From: Bdellovibrionota bacterium
Lineage (GTDB): Bacteria; Bdellovibrionota_C; UBA2361; OMII01
Assembly (NCBI GenBank): GCA_044360195.1
Contig: JBIKKT010000002.1
Location: forward strand, 31,247 to 95,246
Direction of reading: 5' to 3'
DNA length: 64,000 bases
Positions 63,900-64,000 of the stretch are shown here, piece by piece. The position numbers and the translations under genes are program-made. A model generated the notes under the pieces. That model did not search any database, had not been told where the DNA came from, and was given only the letters and a program-made list of their open reading frames with translations. Positions within the stretch are counted from its first letter, which is position 1. Each line of letters opens with the position of its first letter.

Positions 63900-64000
63900 A
63901 TGGCAAAGCAGTTTTCGATACCGCGTTCTTACCGCTCTGATTTTATTGGCGCGATTAAAACAAAGAGGGCGCAAGCTGATACCCGAAAGCAGGACTTATC
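63900..64000 (+). CDS. 5-prime fragment of an ORF truncated by the window end
   Basis: ATG at 63900 begins MAKQFSIPRSYRSDFIGAIKTKRAQ... and is still open at position 64000. Confidence 0.25.
   Translation, partial: MAKQFSIPRSYRSDFIGAIKTKRAQADTRKQDL

Overview
This 64-kb window is a dense, almost entirely plus-strand block of core information-processing genes from an unidentified Gram-negative bacterium. It contains lptE and the succinylase DAP pathway genes dapCDE, and GC content is about 50-55 percent. I cannot assign a lineage from sequence alone.

Gene order, start to end:
- A Rossmann-fold protein, RtcB RNA ligase and a SYLF-domain protein.
- A tRNA cluster on two strands: Thr(TGT) on minus; Thr(GGT), Tyr(GTA) and Trp(CCA) on plus. 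A tandem structured repeat sits between the plus-strand Thr and Tyr.
- A RelA/SpoT-homolog-like gene that starts 28 nt after tRNA-Trp, followed by sufBCD.
- secE-nusG-rplKAJL-rpoB-rpoC with a clear terminator.
- An accessory island (about 22.9-28.7 kb): two signal-peptide proteins, then a long coiled-coil protein, a ClpB-like AAA+ ATPase with a degenerate first nucleotide-binding domain, and a protein of unknown function.
- dapC-dapD-dapE, with a divergent M14/AstE-AspA-like desuccinylase.
- A contiguous str-S10-spc-alpha ribosomal superoperon from rpsL to rplQ. It lacks rpsN and infA but carries an rpmJ gene below the ORF-track size cutoff.
- lptE with flanking hypotheticals, a cysteine-rich secreted protein, an ABC-F ATPase, an SPFH protein, rpsT, a hybrid sensor kinase and a Pro/Thr-rich secreted protein.

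The most unusual items are the RelA/SpoT-homolog-like gene at the tRNA-Trp junction; the coiled-coil, dead-D1 ClpB-like ATPase and DUF gene trio; the covarying tandem hairpin repeat in the tRNA cluster; and several long structured non-coding regions. No CRISPR array, rRNA or obvious mobile element was seen.
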